Origin: Clostridia bacterium
GTDB lineage: Bacteria; Bacillota; Clostridia; Christensenellales; Aristaeellaceae
Length of the DNA stretch: 45,710 nucleotides
Direction: 5' to 3'
Assembly (NCBI GenBank): GCA_030536875.1
Contig: JAUNPI010000003.1
Span: forward strand, 1-45,710
Below the pieces are notes generated by a model. That model ran no database searches, was not told the DNA's origin, and saw only the letters and a list, made by a program, of their open reading frames with translations. Positions 43,449 to 45,710 of this stretch are shown in pieces (position 1 is the first letter of the stretch; each line of letters begins with the position of its first letter). A program made the position numbers and the translations under genes.

Positions 43449-45264
43449 AAGATTTATCCTCCTGATAGTAATTTGCCTGTGCGGCAAAAAGCGCTGCATA
43501 GGTTCCGCCGAGCTGCATTAATTCATCATGCGTACCGCTTTCGGTGATTTTCTCTCCATTTAGGAACAGCACCCTATCAGCATATTGTGCAGATACAAAC
43601 CGATGGGAAATAAAGATGACCGTCTTGCCGCGGGCAAAATGACGAAGGCGGCGAAACAATTCACTTTCTGCTATGGGATCTAAAGCGGAAGAGGGTTCAT
43701 CCAGAATATAAACGTCATAAGGACGTGTTAGCAGCCGCGCGAGGGCAACGTTCTGCCTTTGTCCAATGGAAAGCTCCATGCCGTCCGAATCGAAAGCGCG
43801 ACCGATATGAGCTTTTAGTCCTTGCGAAACCGAGCCAAGCCACTTATCCATTCCGGAAAAACGAATGACGTTGTCGTCGACAGATTCTTCGCTTTGGCAC
43901 ATAAGGATGTTCTCTTCGAGGCTCATATCATAAATATGGAAGTCCTGCGGCATATAGGCAAAATGTTTTCTATATGCGGCGGGGTTAAACTGCTCAATCG
44001 GTTGTCCGTTGTATAAGATTTCGCCGTGCGTAGGGGAATATAGCCGCAGAAGCAGCTTGACGAGCGTACTTTTCCCAGCGCCGTTCGGGCCGGCGATCAT
44101 CACGATTTCGCCGGCGTTGATTTGGAAGTTTATATCATGGAGAATCTCTTTGCCCTCTTCATATTGGAAACTCAAATGTCTCACTTCGAGCGTTTTTAGA
44201 GGTTCGCCACATGATTTTTCACCTTGAATCGAAGGCGCTTTTTTCAGAAAATTTCTCAATGAATCGATCATGACACTCTTCTCTTGGGCTTCTGCCAGCA
44301 AACCGATCAGACGTCGAACCCTTGAAGCGTACTGAATCACGGCGGAAAATAAAACAGATAATTCTGCAACGCTCATACGATGATCGGACAAAATGCGAAT
44401 GGCGGCATAGACATAGCAGCCTATTTCAATACCATCCACCGAACAGACTGTTCGCCAGAAAGAGAGATGACTGAGCCGCTTTCCGTGCTTTTTGATTGCG
44501 GCCTCCTTCTCTTTGGCTGCGTGCTGAAAAGCATGGTCCAACACATTCTTAATATTGCTTAGACGTAATTCCTGCGCATATTTGCGGTCTAAAAAGATAT
44601 GGCGGACATAATCCTGCTTTCTTTCGTGTTCAAGCACATCTTTTTGCCTTTGGGCACGCAAACGACCATATTGTTTACCTAATTGGTATGTAGCAACGGA
44701 AAACAAGCAAAACAGCAAAAGCCAAGCTTCGATTGTGCATAGAAATACGACGGTATTCATCAGCATCACGCAAAAGGCGATCATGCTGACTATTCCGGAA
44801 AAAATTTGAAAAACCGTTGTATTGACGCAATAGACCGCCTTGTTATATTCTGCGTAAAAATCTGGACGGTCAAAAGAAGCAAGATCCATTTCCGCTGTTT
44901 TGTCAAAAAGCAATGTTTCGAATCCACGCTGAGCGTCAAGGTCTGCACAGTCCTTGACGATGCATTCATAATGTTTTCGCGCGGCAAAATAGACCGCGTA
45001 GGCGGCGCCGGTGCCAAAGATCCATGCCAAAGCTTCTGTAAAGGCACCGCCATTTTCGATAATGTCTACGATTTTGTAAAGCAGCCATAGGGCGCTAAAG
45101 GATTCTAAAAATAGCTCGGACGCCTGAAAGAGGATATCGCCCAAAACCTTTTTGGGCGAAAAGCGGAACATGTTTCGGAGCACAAACCAATAATTAGAAA
45201 TTTTTGAGTGTTCATTCATATCGATCACTGATTCATATAAACATATTGACAGGGGGGAATGCAT
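43441..45264 (-). CDS. ABC exporter half-transporter (TMD-NBD fusion), partner of the downstream gene
   Basis: 'GPNGAGKSTLVKLL', 'LSIGQRQNVALARLL' and 'VYILDEPSSALD' are present. There is no N-terminal C39 peptidase domain. An alternative start is the ATG at 45219 ('MNEHSKISNYWF'). Confidence 0.85.
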   Translation of the reverse strand: MHSPLSICLYESVIDMNEHSKISNYWFVLRNMFRFSPKKVLGDILFQASELFLESFSALWLLYKIVDIIENGGAFTEALAWIFGTGAAYAVYFAARKHYECIVKDCADLDAQRGFETLLFDKTAEMDLASFDRPDFYAEYNKAVYCVNTTVFQIFSGIVSMIAFCVMLMNTVVFLCTIEAWLLLFCLFSVATYQLGKQYGRLRAQRQKDVLEHERKQDYVRHIFLDRKYAQELRLSNIKNVLDHAFQHAAKEKEAAIKKHGKRLSHLSFWRTVCSVDGIEIGCYVYAAIRILSDHRMSVAELSVLFSAVIQYASRVRRLIGLLAEAQEKSVMIDSLRNFLKKAPSIQGEKSCGEPLKTLEVRHLSFQYEEGKEILHDINFQINAGEIVMIAGPNGAGKSTLVKLLLRLYSPTHGEILYNGQPIEQFNPAAYRKHFAYMPQDFHIYDMSLEENILMCQSEESVDDNVIRFSGMDKWLGSVSQGLKAHIGRAFDSDGMELSIGQRQNVALARLLTRPYDVYILDEPSSALDPIAESELFRRLRHFARGKTVIFISHRFVSAQYADRVLFLNGEKITESGTHDELMQLGGTYAALFAAQANYYQEDKSCE

Positions 45265-45275
45265 CGTTTTTTGGA

Positions 45276-45584
45276 TTACGTTTCTTTCCGGATAACTTTT
45301 CCAATAACATCATGTATTGTGATCTCCTGTATCGCCTGTGCATGATCACCCTTGCAGAGCAAACGCCAATTATTTATTTTAATAATTCGATGCACAATTT
45401 GTTTACCTAGAAAGTTAAAAACAATAATATCTCCAACATAGTAATTTGTCGTTTTTGCAACGCGTAACAGGTCGCCATCATGATAGGTGGGTTCCATGCT
45501 GTTACCGCGAACAATAACAGGAATTTCATGCCCTTGTTCCAATTCATTCAAAACTAGCGTCCCTAGCATTTCATCAGCCACCAA
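45276..45584 (-). CDS. Small anchorless S26B (ER/archaeal/SipW-type) signal-peptidase-like protein
   Basis: 'VRGNSMEPTYHDGDLL', 'GDIIVFNF', 'IVHRII' and 'CKGDH' follow the order of SPase boxes B, C, D and E, with His in box D. No TM segment is present. The start is ambiguous among TTG 45584, GTG 45581 and ATG 45569. Confidence 0.6.
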   Translation of the reverse strand: MVADEMLGTLVLNELEQGHEIPVIVRGNSMEPTYHDGDLLRVAKTTNYYVGDIIVFNFLGKQIVHRIIKINNWRLLCKGDHAQAIQEITIHDVIGKVIRKET

Positions 45585-45710
45585 TTATTAATTCATACAA
45601 GGACAGTGCTTGTTTTTGAAGATATTGATATTCTTTTTGTAATGAGACTTCAAAGACAGGGATTGAAGATAATGTTTTGGATAAAATGCCAATTGAATTT
45701 ATAAGATGCT
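45574..45710 (-). CDS. 3' end of an upstream minus-strand gene truncated by the window edge (unknown product)
   Basis: My own reverse-strand translation gives 44 stop-free codons running in from the window edge, ending '...HLINSIGILSKTLSSIPVFEVSLQKEYQYLQKQALSLYELIIGG' with a TGA at 45576-45574. It abuts the peptidase start region. An open frame of this length in AT-rich DNA suggests coding. Confidence 0.4.
   Translation of the reverse strand, partial: HLINSIGILSKTLSSIPVFEVSLQKEYQYLQKQALSLYELIIGG

Noticed and set aside
45588-45692. 34-codon minus-strand small ORF ending '...NKHCPCMN', considered as a possible Cys-containing RiPP precursor directly upstream of the peptidase gene
   Set aside because: It has only a TTG start and no SD. 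It is also completely overlapped by a different frame that stays open for 44 codons to the window edge, which is more likely the true coding frame. I kept it only as a note, because the upstream sequence is missing.
1-45710. Scan for CRISPR arrays, tRNA/rRNA genes, IS elements, integrases and phage genes
   Set aside because: I noticed no regularly spaced direct repeats, no tRNA-like T-arm (GGTTCGAnTCC) context, no rRNA-like sequence, and no transposase or integrase motifs in any long ORF. This was a by-eye scan only. tRNAscan-SE, Infernal and ISfinder would be needed to be definitive.

Overview
This 45.7-kb window comes from a high-G+C Firmicutes/Clostridia-type chromosome, judged from GGAGG-type ribosome-binding sites and Firmicute gene families. 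It is probably origin-proximal: it opens with recF, followed by a dense DnaA-box cluster. I call about 45 protein genes. By eye I found no rRNA, tRNA, CRISPR array, transposase or integrase. The window has three compositional blocks (G+C from hand counts of a few 60-nt lines, not a full scan). (1) 1-24.2 kb and 35.4-40.07 kb are very GC-rich (about 65-70% in sampled lines). They carry core and redox genes: recF, cvpA, a large polytopic membrane protein, a TRIC/UPF0126 channel, a HAD hydrolase, a Nudix hydrolase, an HxlR regulator with PNPOx-like flavoproteins, a macrodomain/SirTM-like pair, a LysR/aldo-keto-reductase pair, a CydDC-like exporter, cysK with a divergent Rrf2 regulator, tcdA, csoR-copA, a GNAT, and a lipoprotein flavin reductase with two FMN_bind domains. 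(2) 24.27-35.4 kb is less GC-rich (about 48-58% in sampled lines). It is a catabolic island with a PrpR_N-type regulator whose sigma-54 AAA+ module looks degenerate. That regulator is divergent from an operon encoding a PdxA-like dehydrogenase, a DUF1537 acid-sugar kinase, a DHDPS/NAL-family aldolase, an Fe-alcohol dehydrogenase, an unknown beta-propeller-like protein and an LplABC-type sugar ABC importer. I do not recognise this gene combination as a described pathway. (3) From 40.08 kb to the window edge the DNA is sharply AT-rich (25-45% in sampled lines). A minus-strand operon there encodes a partial ORF, an anchorless ER/SipW-type signal-peptidase-like protein, two ABC half-transporters and a PF14907-like nucleotidyltransferase. 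This is probably the distal part of a horizontally acquired peptide maturation/export or similar accessory system, and it is cut by the window end. My best candidates for something undescribed are blocks (2) and (3). All functional calls rest on motif recognition from the translated ORFs; no database search was possible.
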